Shown in pieces: positions 47,383 through 57,070 of a stretch of DNA of 64,000 nt; the stretch's first letter is position 1, and each line of letters opens with the position of its first letter. A program made the translations under genes and the position numbers. Origin of the DNA: an uncultured Gammaproteobacteria bacterium (GTDB taxonomy: Bacteria; Patescibacteriota; Microgenomatia; UBA8517); assembly GCA_964429215.1 (NCBI GenBank), contig CAYSAY010000001.1:118127-182126 (forward strand), written 5' to 3'. The notes under the pieces were generated by a model. It did not search any database. It worked only from the letters and a program-made list of their open reading frames with translations, and had not been told where the DNA came from.

Positions 47383-48296
47383 GTATTCATACAAGAACAG
47401 CACTTGATGCAATAAAAAGGTCACCGTTTCAAGCAGTGTCAGCTATTTTTGTTTTGTCCTTAACTTTTTTTGTAGCAACAACAGTTTCTATATTAGTTTT
47501 CAGTTCGAATGAACTCCTATCTTATTTTGAAACAAGACCTCAAATAATTTCTTTTTTAAAGAGCGAAGCTGATGCAAACGCGCTACAGGCATTTCAAAAC
47601 AAATTAGCAAGTGATAATAGGATAAAAGATATTAAATATGTTTCAAAGGAAGAAGCATTAGATATTTACAAAAAGGCAACAGAAGATAACCCACTTTTGG
47701 CAGAGCTTGTAAACCCGTCTATTTTTCCAGCTTCTCTTGAATTTTCAGTTAATGATATAAACCTTGCTGAAGTTGTTATAGATGAGGTTAAACAGGAGGC
47801 TGTTGTTGATCAAGTTGGATTTACTGCAAATATTGGAGGAGAGAAATCTTTGGGGGGTGTTGTTGAAAGACTTAAAAATATATCAAAATATGTGAGAATT
47901 GGTGGAGTAGTTTTTGTTGGTGCGTTAGCCATAACTTCATTTTTGGTCCTGCTCGTAATTATTAGTATGAGGCTAACTGCAAGAAAAGGTGAAATAGAAA
48001 TATTAAGTTTAATTGGAGCAACACCTGCTTTTGTAAGAAGCCCGATTGTAATTGAAGGAATCATATATGCAGTAGTTGGAGTTATTGTCGGTTGGATGTT
48101 GTCGTTAATAATGTGGTTGTATGTTTCCCCTAGTTTATTAACTTATTTTAATGGAATACCTGTAATTCCTAAGGATCCAGGAACTTTTTTCATATTATTC
48201 TTAAGTATTTTAGGAGCTGAATTATTAATTGGATTTACCATTGCTCTTACCGGAAGTTTGATAGCAGTTAAAAGATCACTTAAAAATGCAAAATGA
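47379..48296 (+). CDS. ftsX: Cell-division permease FtsX
   Basis: Four-TM topology with a large periplasmic loop. Overlaps ftsE by 4 nt. Confidence 0.85.
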   Translation: MSIHTRTALDAIKRSPFQAVSAIFVLSLTFFVATTVSILVFSSNELLSYFETRPQIISFLKSEADANALQAFQNKLASDNRIKDIKYVSKEEALDIYKKATEDNPLLAELVNPSIFPASLEFSVNDINLAEVVIDEVKQEAVVDQVGFTANIGGEKSLGGVVERLKNISKYVRIGGVVFVGALAITSFLVLLVIISMRLTARKGEIEILSLIGATPAFVRSPIVIEGIIYAVVGVIVGWMLSLIMWLYVSPSLLTYFNGIPVIPKDPGTFFILFLSILGAELLIGFTIALTGSLIAVKRSLKNAK

Positions 48297-49390
48297 AGTC
48301 AATAATTTTAGCAATTGTTGTTTCTTTAATACTGGTTTTTGCACTTCCTGTTAACGCCCAAGAATGTGGTGGAGATGTAAACCAAAGAATTCAATGCTAC
48401 GAGAGTAATATTATAAAACTTAAAGATTCAGGAAAGACATTATCTAATCAAATATTACAATTTGATTCTTCAATGAAACTTACAGAGTTAAAAATTGCTC
48501 AAACAGAAGAACAAGTTGGATTGTTAGTTGGAAGGATTGATCAGCTTGAAGGTTCTCTTGATTCGCTTTCAATTGCATTTTCAGAAAGGGTAGTTGAAAC
48601 CTATAAAATGGCAAGAGTTGGTGATCCATTTCTTTTGTTACTTTCCTCAGACAACTTAAATGAGGTTTTTAATAGATTTTCATATCTTAAGAAAATTCAG
48701 GATGGGGATAGAACATTACTTCAAAGACTTCAGAAAGCACAAGATACTTATAAAGAAGAAAAGGTAGATCAAGAAGAATTACAAAAAAAATTAGAAACAC
48801 AAAAATCACAATTAAATACTCAAAAATTAGCAAAGAAAGCGTTACTTGATCAAACGAAGAATGATGAAAAAAAGTATCAAACATTGTTAAATCAGGCACA
48901 AGCAGAAAAAGCTGCAATCGAAAAAGCTTTGGTCTCTGGTACTAAAGTAGGACCTGTTAAAGCTGGGGATCCGATTGCATTAGTAGGAAATTCTGGATAT
49001 CCAGGTTGTTCTACTGGAAAGCATCTTCATTTTGAAGTCAGAAAAAATAATACATGGGTTGATCCTGCGCCATATTTACAGAGTAAGTCAATTCAAGATG
49101 AAGAAAAAGGAGTGACTGCAAATATTGGTTCTGGTGGTTGGCAATGGCCACTGTCTGATACTATCAGAATGACACAGCATTTTGGTCATACTCCATGGTC
49201 TTGGAGATATTCATATTCAGGTGGAATTCATACTGGCTTTGATATGGTTTCAACAGGAAGTGACGTAATTAAAGCTCCAGCAGACGGAAATTTATTTAAG
49301 TCGTCTGAATCTTGTGGAAGTAGTAAAATAAATATAGTTTACATTGAACATGCAGACAATGTCATAAGTTTTTACTTACATGTCCAGTAG
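48293..49390 (+). CDS. M23 peptidase with N-terminal coiled coil (EnvC-like murein hydrolase/activator)
   Basis: Signal peptide, long coiled coil, and M23 motifs GNSGYPGCSTGKHLHFEV and HTGFD. Confidence 0.8.
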   Translation: MKSIILAIVVSLILVFALPVNAQECGGDVNQRIQCYESNIIKLKDSGKTLSNQILQFDSSMKLTELKIAQTEEQVGLLVGRIDQLEGSLDSLSIAFSERVVETYKMARVGDPFLLLLSSDNLNEVFNRFSYLKKIQDGDRTLLQRLQKAQDTYKEEKVDQEELQKKLETQKSQLNTQKLAKKALLDQTKNDEKKYQTLLNQAQAEKAAIEKALVSGTKVGPVKAGDPIALVGNSGYPGCSTGKHLHFEVRKNNTWVDPAPYLQSKSIQDEEKGVTANIGSGGWQWPLSDTIRMTQHFGHTPWSWRYSYSGGIHTGFDMVSTGSDVIKAPADGNLFKSSESCGSSKINIVYIEHADNVISFYLHVQ

Positions 49391-50231
49391 CATATTAATG
49401 CGATATAAAAAAAGAATATATATTGTACTAACATTATTATTTTTAATTCTTCCAAGGGGGGTTACTGCTTCAATCTTAATAAATGAGATATCTCCATCAA
49501 CTGATACTGAGTGGGTTGAATTATATAATGACAGTAGTTCTGAAGTTGATCTTTCAGGTTATTTACTAGAAGACGGAAATTCAAGCCGTAACGACGATAT
49601 CAACTTAAGTGGTATTATTTCAGGGAATGGATTTGTTGTTTTTACCCATGTTGAAGGTTGGTTAAATAATGGCGGAGATACAATAAAGCTTTACAATAAC
49701 GCGTCTCCATCGGCAATCATTGATCAATATACTTATGGTGGTGTTGATTCATCAAAAAGTATTGCAAGGATTCCAAATGGTAGTGAAAATTGGCAAACTA
49801 CAACAAACATAACAAATAATTCATCGAATCCATCGCCAACAACATCACCTACTCAAGATCCTACAAATACACCTACTGCAACACCTACGAAAACTGCAAC
49901 TCCAACTCCTATTGGGACACCAAAACCAACTCCAACAAAGACACCAACTGCAAAACCTACAACGACTTCAACACCTTCTGAAGAGCCTGAAGCGACAGAA
50001 AAACCAAGTATAAATTTAGAATTTGGTACAGGTAATGTAGTTGATGATCAAAGCACCCCTACTTCGATGGTAGCAGGTAGTTCAACAGAGAAAAAATCTC
50101 CTGTTTTGGCTATTATTTTTATATTTTCAGGAGTTTGTTTTCTTGGATATGGTGGCTATATGCTATATAATAAGAATCATCCGAATGATCAAAAACGCAG
50201 TTTACAGACAGAAAATATTCAAAATTCTTAA
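49380..50231 (+). CDS. Lamin-tail-domain (LTD) surface protein with Pro/Thr-rich linker and C-terminal TM
   Basis: ILINEISPSTDTEWVELYNDSSSEVDLSGYLLED is the LTD signature. A PT-rich segment follows, and the C-terminus is hydrophobic. Confidence 0.65.
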   Translation: MSSSILMRYKKRIYIVLTLLFLILPRGVTASILINEISPSTDTEWVELYNDSSSEVDLSGYLLEDGNSSRNDDINLSGIISGNGFVVFTHVEGWLNNGGDTIKLYNNASPSAIIDQYTYGGVDSSKSIARIPNGSENWQTTTNITNNSSNPSPTTSPTQDPTNTPTATPTKTATPTPIGTPKPTPTKTPTAKPTTTSTPSEEPEATEKPSINLEFGTGNVVDDQSTPTSMVAGSSTEKKSPVLAIIFIFSGVCFLGYGGYMLYNKNHPNDQKRSLQTENIQNS

Positions 50232-50631
50232 TTTTTGGTTACCTCCTATTCTTTGGGCAAGTGCTATATTTACTGTCTCTTCTTTTTCAGTTGGTAGTTC
50301 TAGTGAATTTTATTGGAAAGATTTTGTTATTAAAAAAACAGCACATATAATCGAGTATGGAATTCTTGCCACATTGGTTTACAGAGCCTTGGTGAATTAT
50401 GGAGTATTGAAAAGAAAGGCAATGATTTATGCTTGTTTAGTTGCACTTCTATATGGTGCCACTGACGAATTCCATCAGTCTTTTACTCCTGGACGAGGAC
50501 CTAAAGTAACTGATGTCGCAATTGATACTGCTGGGGCAAGTATTTTTATTTTTGGTATAATTGGAAGACTAAACAAAATGCCGGTATTTGTCCAAGATGT
50601 TTACAAAAAGTTAGAAATTATAACAGTTTAA
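50185..50631 (+). CDS. VanZ-like family membrane protein
   Basis: DEFHQSFTPGRGPKVTDVAIDTAGA VanZ motif. Start moved to an internal Met to limit overlap. Confidence 0.6.
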   Translation: MIKNAVYRQKIFKILNFWLPPILWASAIFTVSSFSVGSSSEFYWKDFVIKKTAHIIEYGILATLVYRALVNYGVLKRKAMIYACLVALLYGATDEFHQSFTPGRGPKVTDVAIDTAGASIFIFGIIGRLNKMPVFVQDVYKKLEIITV

Positions 50632-50640
50632 AATAAATAT

Positions 50641-51618
50641 ATGAAAATTTTGATTACAGGTGGAGCAGGTTACATTGGTAGTTTCATGGTTAGAAAATTG
50701 AAAGATGAAGGTCATGAAGTCATCATTCTTGATAATCTTTCAAATGGACATACTGAAGCTGTTAGCGAATTTCGATTAGAAAATATTGATCTTGTAACAG
50801 AAAAACAAAAGTTAGAAGCACTTTTTCAAGCTGAGAAATTTGATGCAGTTATTCATATGGCATCTTTTATTCAAATGGGAGAAAGTTTTAAAAATCCGTC
50901 TAAGTATTATATTAATAATGTGCTTGGATTTATTAATTTACTTGATGTGATGGTTATTAATAACTGCAAAAAATTAATAATCTCTTCTTCTGCAGGAGTT
51001 TATGGAAATCCAGTAAGACTCCCAATTAAAGAAGATGATCCAAAGAATCCACTTAACCCATATGGAGAAACAAAATATATGATTGAAAGAATCGCAGATG
51101 ATTATGATTTGGTTTATGATTTAAAATATATAACTTTTAGATATTTTAATGCTGCTGGAGCTGCACTTGATGGTTCAATTGGAGAAGCACATATAGAAGA
51201 AAGCCATTTGATACCAAATGTAATTGCAAAGATGGCTAAGAATGAGGAATTTGAACTTTTTGGAAGTGATTATGAAACTGCTGATGGTACATGTGTAAGA
51301 GATTATATTCACGTGTTAGACCTTGTTGATTCTCACGCTTTAGGATTAAAGGCATTAGAAGAAGGTGCTATGAGTAATAATTATAATATTGGTATCGGCA
51401 AGGGATATTCCAATATGGAAGTTATTAAAATGATTGAAGAAAAGTCAGGGATGAGAGTTAATATAAAATTTGGACCAAGAAGACAAGGGGATGCAAATGC
51501 ATTGTATGCATCAAATAAAAAGATATTTGATGAACTTGGTTGGACTCCTAAATATGATTTAGACATTATTGTCGAATCTGCTCTTAAGTGGCACAAATCA
51601 CATCCGGAAGGTTATTAA
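50641..51618 (+). CDS. galE: UDP-glucose 4-epimerase
   Basis: GGAGYIGS Rossmann motif, the YxxxK pair YGETK, and GalE-like length and C-terminus. Confidence 0.85.
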   Translation: MKILITGGAGYIGSFMVRKLKDEGHEVIILDNLSNGHTEAVSEFRLENIDLVTEKQKLEALFQAEKFDAVIHMASFIQMGESFKNPSKYYINNVLGFINLLDVMVINNCKKLIISSSAGVYGNPVRLPIKEDDPKNPLNPYGETKYMIERIADDYDLVYDLKYITFRYFNAAGAALDGSIGEAHIEESHLIPNVIAKMAKNEEFELFGSDYETADGTCVRDYIHVLDLVDSHALGLKALEEGAMSNNYNIGIGKGYSNMEVIKMIEEKSGMRVNIKFGPRRQGDANALYASNKKIFDELGWTPKYDLDIIVESALKWHKSHPEGY

Positions 51619-52256
51619 CAATCTTCTAATTTTTGAATATTCTCTATTATAAATTTTTTACCTTTGTGGAAAATTAATTTTTTAGTTCTCAACTTTTCTA
51701 TAGAAATGGAAGTTGTTTCTCTCGATATACCTGCAAAATTTGCAATGTCTTGATGGGTTAGGTCTATATCTATTTCTATATTGTTGTCGTCATTAATATG
51801 TCCGAATCTTTTTGCTAGCATTGCTATTATAATTGCAACTTTTTTAGTTGAATTTGATTTAATAACATTCTTAGTAGTATGAATTAGACCGTCTAGGCTG
51901 ATTAATAAGCGTGTTGCTAAATCCTTAAATATTTTTGGATTAGATTCCAAAAAAGCTACAACATCTTCTTTTGGTGCCCTATATACTACAATGTTTGACA
52001 TTGCTTTATAAAAATAAACGTTTTCTACTTCTGCAAGTGCCCAAGTCATTGGAAAAAATGATTCTGGTTTAAAGATATTAAATGCAATTTCTGTACCATT
52101 TTCATATATCGAGCTCATTTTGATGTATCCACTTTTTATAAAATATACACCATTGGGAGTGTCGTCTCCACGTATGACGATATCCCCTTTTGAATAGCAT
52201 ATTTTTCGATAGTTACTAAAAAAAGCCATTAGTTTGATTCTTAGATCGATGTTCAT
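51615..52256 (-). CDS. Crp/Fnr-family transcriptional regulator
   Basis: N-terminal cNMP-binding beta-roll and C-terminal HTH (QDIANFAGISRETTSISIEKL). Divergent from the glycosyltransferase operon. Confidence 0.75.
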   Translation of the reverse strand: MNIDLRIKLMAFFSNYRKICYSKGDIVIRGDDTPNGVYFIKSGYIKMSSIYENGTEIAFNIFKPESFFPMTWALAEVENVYFYKAMSNIVVYRAPKEDVVAFLESNPKIFKDLATRLLISLDGLIHTTKNVIKSNSTKKVAIIIAMLAKRFGHINDDNNIEIDIDLTHQDIANFAGISRETTSISIEKLRTKKLIFHKGKKFIIENIQKLEDC

Positions 52257-52372
52257 GTGAAAGTGTGAGAATTATAACAGACTTATAGTAAAAAATCTAA
52301 CTGAATAGATGTTTTGGTTCAATTACTATATACAAACGAATCTGCATTTATATGTGGATTCTTTTTTTAGAC

Positions 52373-53070
52373 ATGAAAAAGCTAGATATTATAATCCCAG
52401 TACTGAATGAGGCTGATAATCTTCAGCCGCTAGTTACGCAAATAGATAAAGTTTTAGGTGCAAAAAAAATCAGTTATAGGTTAATTATTGTTGATGATCA
52501 TTCCAGTGATGGAACTTCAGAATTGATAAAAAAGTTAAGTATTAAATATCCAATCATTTTTAAATTAAAGGAAGGAAGCAGGGGCAAGGCATATTCGATA
52601 TTGGAAGGAGTAAGTTTCGCAGAATCTGAATTTGTGGCGATGATTGATGGAGATTTACAATATTCACCATCTTATATTCCAGAGTTATATGAAAAGGCTG
52701 TATCAGAAAACCTTGGAGTGGTTGTTGCTAATCGGGTTAAACATAAAGAAGGAATGTTACGAAAGATTGGGTCAAAAGTAGTTAAATTTATAGCGTGTAG
52801 CTTAATGGGCCAAAGTGTTGATTTTCAATCAGGGCTTAAAATATTTAAGCGGGAAGTTGTTAATCATTTAGATAAATCAAATATTAAGCCTTGGGCTTTT
52901 GATATACCTCTTATTCACACTGCTTTGGAGTTAGGAGAAAAGATTGGAACAGTTGATATAACCTTTGAACCGCGACTACATGGTAAATCAAAGTTTAACT
53001 TTATGACAAGTTTAGTAGGTGTAACTGAAGTAATGGTCGGGCTTTTAAAATTAAAACTTAAACCTACTAG
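52373..53070 (+). other. Domain 1: GT2, polyprenol-phosphate hexosyltransferase-like (DPM1/GtrB/ArnC type)
   Basis: IIIPVLNEADNL...IIVDDHSSDGT...DGD. Confidence 0.7.
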
Positions 53071-56000
53071 AGTATTTCATTTAAAGCCAACAGAAAATTT
53101 AACAATGAAGGGGGCGGGAATTGTGTATAAAAGAAATAAATTTTTAACTCATACAACGCTTAATCATAACAATTCTGCAATAGTAACTTTTACCCGTGGG
53201 CAGATTTCAGTTATTTTTATGATTTTATCTGCTTTTGGGGTTGGGCTTATATTATCAACCCAAACTACATTAATAGTTTTTGTGGCAATTCTATCTTTTG
53301 TTTATTTTGCAGATGTGTTTTTTAATCTTTATTTAGTTTTAAAAAGTCTTCATTTTCCACCTGAATTAATGTTTGAAGATAATGATTTGGTAAATATCAA
53401 AGAAAGTTCGTTGCCTTTATATACAATTTTGTGTCCACTTTATCACGAATCCGGAATTTTACCTCAATTTGTAGATTCAATTAATAAAATGGATTATCCA
53501 AAAAATAAGCTTGAAGTATTACTTCTCTTGGAAGAAGATGATACAAAGACAATCGAAAGTGCTAGAAGTTTAAAATTACAAAAGCATTTTAAAATAATTG
53601 TTGTTCCTCATTCACTACCAAAAACTAAACCCAAAGCTTGTAACTATGGATTGGCACATGCCAAAGGTGAATTTGTAGTTATATATGATGCAGAGGATAT
53701 TCCAGATCCATTTCAGCTTAAAAAAGCAGTTTTAGGATTTAATAAGTTAGGTAAAAGTTATTCTTGTCTCCAAGCAAAACTTAACTATCATAATCCAAAT
53801 CAGAATTTACTCACAAGACTTTTTACATCTGAATATAGTTTATGGTTTGACATTATGCTGCCTGCGTTACAAACAATTAATACAACAATACCATTAGGTG
53901 GAACAAGCAATCATTTTAGAAGAGAAGACCTTAACAAATTTGAAGGATGGGATCCATTTAATGTTACTGAAGATGCTGATCTTGGAATTAGACTTTTTAA
54001 AGCTGGTGGAAAAACTGCAATTATAGATTCCGTAACTTTAGAAGAAGCAAATAGTAATTTAAAAAATTGGATAAGACAAAGGTCAAGGTGGATTAAGGGT
54101 TATATGCAAACATACTTTGTGCATATGAGAAACCCTTGGCAGTTTGCTAAGGATCATGGAAGACATTGGTTAGTTTTTCAACTTGTTTCAGGGCTTCGTA
54201 TTTCTTTTATGTTAATTAATCCAATTTTATGGGGGTTAACATTTTCTTATTTTTTACTATATAAATTTGTAGGACCACAAATTGAAAGTTTGTATCCATC
54301 TGCAGTTTTTTATATGGCTATAACGTCAGCTGTATTTGGAAACTTTTTGTATATCTACTACTACATGATAGGAACTGCAAAGCATGGACAATATCAATTA
54401 ATTAAATATGTATTTTTAATTCCTATTTATTGGGTATTTACTAGTATTGCAGCAACTGTTGCTTTTTGGCAGTTACTCGTAAAACCTCATTATTGGGAGA
54501 AAACAATTCATGGATTAACTAAAGAAGAGAAAAAGAAAATATTATTCAAGTTTGAGTTTGCAGGTCTTAAAGAGTTTGGATTTAGTAGTTTTAATAAGAT
54601 TAAAAGTTTTTCAAAAAGTTCGTTAGCTAGTGGTGCATTCTTAATATTTGCTTCAATGTTTGCAAATGTAATGAACTTTTTGTATAACGCCTATTTAGGG
54701 AGAAAGTTAGATTTAGATGATTTTGGATTAATAAGTTTAGTTGGAAGTTTTATCTTTTTGTCACAAGTACCACTTTCTGCACTTTCGAGAACTGTTACAC
54801 ACAGAAGTGCCTTTTTGTTTGGTAGGTATGGTACTGCAGTCACAAATTTTTGGAAAAATACTCGATCAAAGTCGGTAAAAATATCATTTTTGTTTACAGC
54901 TGTTTGGATTTTACTTACACCTTATTTAATGAATCTATTTAAAACAGATCAATTTTTGCCATTTTTGATATTTGCACCAACATGGATAATTGGATTTGCT
55001 GAAGCTGTTGATGGAGGGTTTATAAAAGGTAATCTAAACTTTTATGTTTCAGGAGTCACGGTGATTACTGAAGCTGTTACTAAGCTTCTGCTGGCAATTT
55101 TAATAGTAACATTAGGTTTTGATCATTGGGTTTATTTGTCAATTCCACTTTCTATGTTTTCGGCCTTCCTGATAAGTTGGCATTTTGCTAGAAAAATTAA
55201 ACAGAATGTTGAAGTAGAAATTGAAGTTGAAAATTATTTTCCAAGAGCATTTTATTCAACATCAATTTTGACTAAAATATCATCAATTGCGTTTCTAAGT
55301 TTGGATTTAATTCTTGCTAAAATTTATTTAAGTCCAACGGACGCGGGTCTTTATTCATTACTTTCTTTAGCTGGGAAAATGGTTTATATGTTTGGAACAC
55401 AGTTTTCTCAATTCATATTGCCAATAGTAAGTAAGAATGAAGGAGAGGGCAGAGATTCTTTGAAGTCATTTTACAAACTTTTTTTGATGACCACTGTAAT
55501 TAGTTTGTTAGGTTTTTTGGTTATCGGAATTTTTGGATATGTAACAGTTCCATTATTATTTGGAAATAGGGTGCTACCAATTGTTACATATCTACCTTAT
55601 TTTGCTTTTGCAATGGCAATACAAGTTTTGTCACAGGCAATTGTAAACTATTATCAATCAAAAAATAATCAAATATTTCCTGTTGTTAATTTTGTAGTCT
55701 CATTCTTTACTATTTTTAGTGTCATATTTATACATAATAGTATCACTTCAATTGTAAACATTATGTTTATATCTTCCCTGGTCAGTTTTACAGTAATGCT
55801 TGTTATGCATATATTTGTAAAGCAAATCAATATATTAAAAAGCAATTTATTAGATTTGTCAGGGGTATTTAAAAAGTTGCCTTTAACTAATATAAATGTG
55901 GATTCTAATTTAAATATATTAATATTTAACTGGAGAGATACAAAACATGTATGGGCTGGAGGAGCTGAAGTTTATGTACATGAAATTGCGAAGAGGTGGG

Positions 56001-57070
56001 TAAAAGCTGGTCACTTAGTTACTGTATTTTGTGGAAATGACAGAAAATCTCCAAGGAATGAAGTAATCGATGGTGTGCAAATGGTTAGGAGAGGTGGATT
56101 TTATACTGTGTATTTTTGGGCGTTTCTTTATTATATATTAAGATTTCGAGGTAAGTATGATGTTGTCATTGATAATGAAAATGGTATACCATTTTTTGCC
56201 CCCCTTTATGTAAAGGAACCAGTAATTGGACTTGTTCATCATGTTCATCAAGAAGTGATATTAAAGAAATTAAAATTGCCGAAGTATCTTATTCCAGTAG
56301 GTTTGATTGCAGTGTTTATTGAACGATATTTAATGCCAATAATATATAAAAATACTCAAATGATTACTGTGTCAGAATCATCAAAAATTGATATGGAGAA
56401 AATTGGTCTGGGTAAAATTAAGCCAATATTGATTGTAAATCCAGGAGTTGATCTGTCTTTGGTTAAACGATTTAAGAAAACAACCGCACCAAGCCTTCTT
56501 TTTGTAGGAAGAATAAAGGCATATAAATCAATAGATACTTTGATAAAAGTAGTATTTGTAATCAAAAATGATATTCCAAATATAAAATTAAATATTGCGG
56601 GATATGGAGAAGAACAAAAAAACTTAGAAGTTTTAGTTGCTAAGTTGGGTATTCAGGATAATGTAAATTTTTTGGGTAAAATTTCAGATTTAGAGAAATA
56701 TGAATTAATGTCTAAATCTTGGGTATTTGTTTATCCGTCTACATTTGAAGGTTGGGGCATTTCTGCAATAGAAGCGAATGCCTCTGGTACTCCCGTAGTT
56801 GCTTCAGATGTGGCAGGACTGCGTGATTCAGTAAATGATGGTGTCTCGGGTATGTTAGTTGAAGCAAAGAATGTAGATCAATTTACATCAAAAATATCGG
56901 AAATAATTAATAATAAAAAATTAAGAAACAGTCTCTCTAGAGGTGGCATAAAATGGGCAAGTAATTTTGATTGGTCTAATAGTTCCCACTTATTTATTGC
57001 CTATATCTATAATTATTTGAACGCAAGTAAAAATTATAAATTATCAAATTCAGATTACGATTTAACATGA
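52373..57070 (+). CDS. Giant multidomain glycan-synthesis protein: GT2 (DPM1/GtrB-like), processive GT2 (QxxRW) with TM bundle, Wzx/MOP-flippase-like 12-TM domain, and GT4
   Basis: Single uninterrupted 1565-aa ORF (1572 aa from the track start). Domain-defining motifs are listed in the four domain features that follow. Confidence 0.8.
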   Translation: MKKLDIIIPVLNEADNLQPLVTQIDKVLGAKKISYRLIIVDDHSSDGTSELIKKLSIKYPIIFKLKEGSRGKAYSILEGVSFAESEFVAMIDGDLQYSPSYIPELYEKAVSENLGVVVANRVKHKEGMLRKIGSKVVKFIACSLMGQSVDFQSGLKIFKREVVNHLDKSNIKPWAFDIPLIHTALELGEKIGTVDITFEPRLHGKSKFNFMTSLVGVTEVMVGLLKLKLKPTRVFHLKPTENLTMKGAGIVYKRNKFLTHTTLNHNNSAIVTFTRGQISVIFMILSAFGVGLILSTQTTLIVFVAILSFVYFADVFFNLYLVLKSLHFPPELMFEDNDLVNIKESSLPLYTILCPLYHESGILPQFVDSINKMDYPKNKLEVLLLLEEDDTKTIESARSLKLQKHFKIIVVPHSLPKTKPKACNYGLAHAKGEFVVIYDAEDIPDPFQLKKAVLGFNKLGKSYSCLQAKLNYHNPNQNLLTRLFTSEYSLWFDIMLPALQTINTTIPLGGTSNHFRREDLNKFEGWDPFNVTEDADLGIRLFKAGGKTAIIDSVTLEEANSNLKNWIRQRSRWIKGYMQTYFVHMRNPWQFAKDHGRHWLVFQLVSGLRISFMLINPILWGLTFSYFLLYKFVGPQIESLYPSAVFYMAITSAVFGNFLYIYYYMIGTAKHGQYQLIKYVFLIPIYWVFTSIAATVAFWQLLVKPHYWEKTIHGLTKEEKKKILFKFEFAGLKEFGFSSFNKIKSFSKSSLASGAFLIFASMFANVMNFLYNAYLGRKLDLDDFGLISLVGSFIFLSQVPLSALSRTVTHRSAFLFGRYGTAVTNFWKNTRSKSVKISFLFTAVWILLTPYLMNLFKTDQFLPFLIFAPTWIIGFAEAVDGGFIKGNLNFYVSGVTVITEAVTKLLLAILIVTLGFDHWVYLSIPLSMFSAFLISWHFARKIKQNVEVEIEVENYFPRAFYSTSILTKISSIAFLSLDLILAKIYLSPTDAGLYSLLSLAGKMVYMFGTQFSQFILPIVSKNEGEGRDSLKSFYKLFLMTTVISLLGFLVIGIFGYVTVPLLFGNRVLPIVTYLPYFAFAMAIQVLSQAIVNYYQSKNNQIFPVVNFVVSFFTIFSVIFIHNSITSIVNIMFISSLVSFTVMLVMHIFVKQINILKSNLLDLSGVFKKLPLTNINVDSNLNILIFNWRDTKHVWAGGAEVYVHEIAKRWVKAGHLVTVFCGNDRKSPRNEVIDGVQMVRRGGFYTVYFWAFLYYILRFRGKYDVVIDNENGIPFFAPLYVKEPVIGLVHHVHQEVILKKLKLPKYLIPVGLIAVFIERYLMPIIYKNTQMITVSESSKIDMEKIGLGKIKPILIVNPGVDLSLVKRFKKTTAPSLLFVGRIKAYKSIDTLIKVVFVIKNDIPNIKLNIAGYGEEQKNLEVLVAKLGIQDNVNFLGKISDLEKYELMSKSWVFVYPSTFEGWGISAIEANASGTPVVASDVAGLRDSVNDGVSGMLVEAKNVDQFTSKISEIINNKKLRNSLSRGGIKWASNFDWSNSSHLFIAYIYNYLNASKNYKLSNSDYDLT
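53400..54500 (+). other. Domain 2: processive GT2 (cellulose/hyaluronan/NodC/PgaC-like) with C-terminal TM helices
   Basis: YDAED, TED and QRSRW, flanked by hydrophobic helices on both sides. Confidence 0.7.
54600..55830 (+). other. Domain 3: MOP-superfamily (Wzx/polysaccharide-transporter-like) multi-TM domain
   Basis: SLASGAFLIFASMFANVMNFLYNAYLGRKLDLDDFGLISLVGSFIFL resembles the Wzx/PST N-terminal signature. About 12 hydrophobic helices. Confidence 0.55.
55905..57067 (+). other. Domain 4: GT4 (group-1 glycosyltransferase)
   Basis: LLFVGR, and EGWGISAIEANASGTPVVASDVAGLRDSV (the E-x7-E GT4 motif). Confidence 0.75.

Noticed and set aside
49800-50000. Tandem-repeat-like DNA (ACACCTAC/ACTCCAAC units)
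   Set aside because: This is coding sequence for the Pro/Thr-rich stalk of the lamin-tail-domain protein. The repeat units are irregular in length, so it is neither a CRISPR array nor a satellite.
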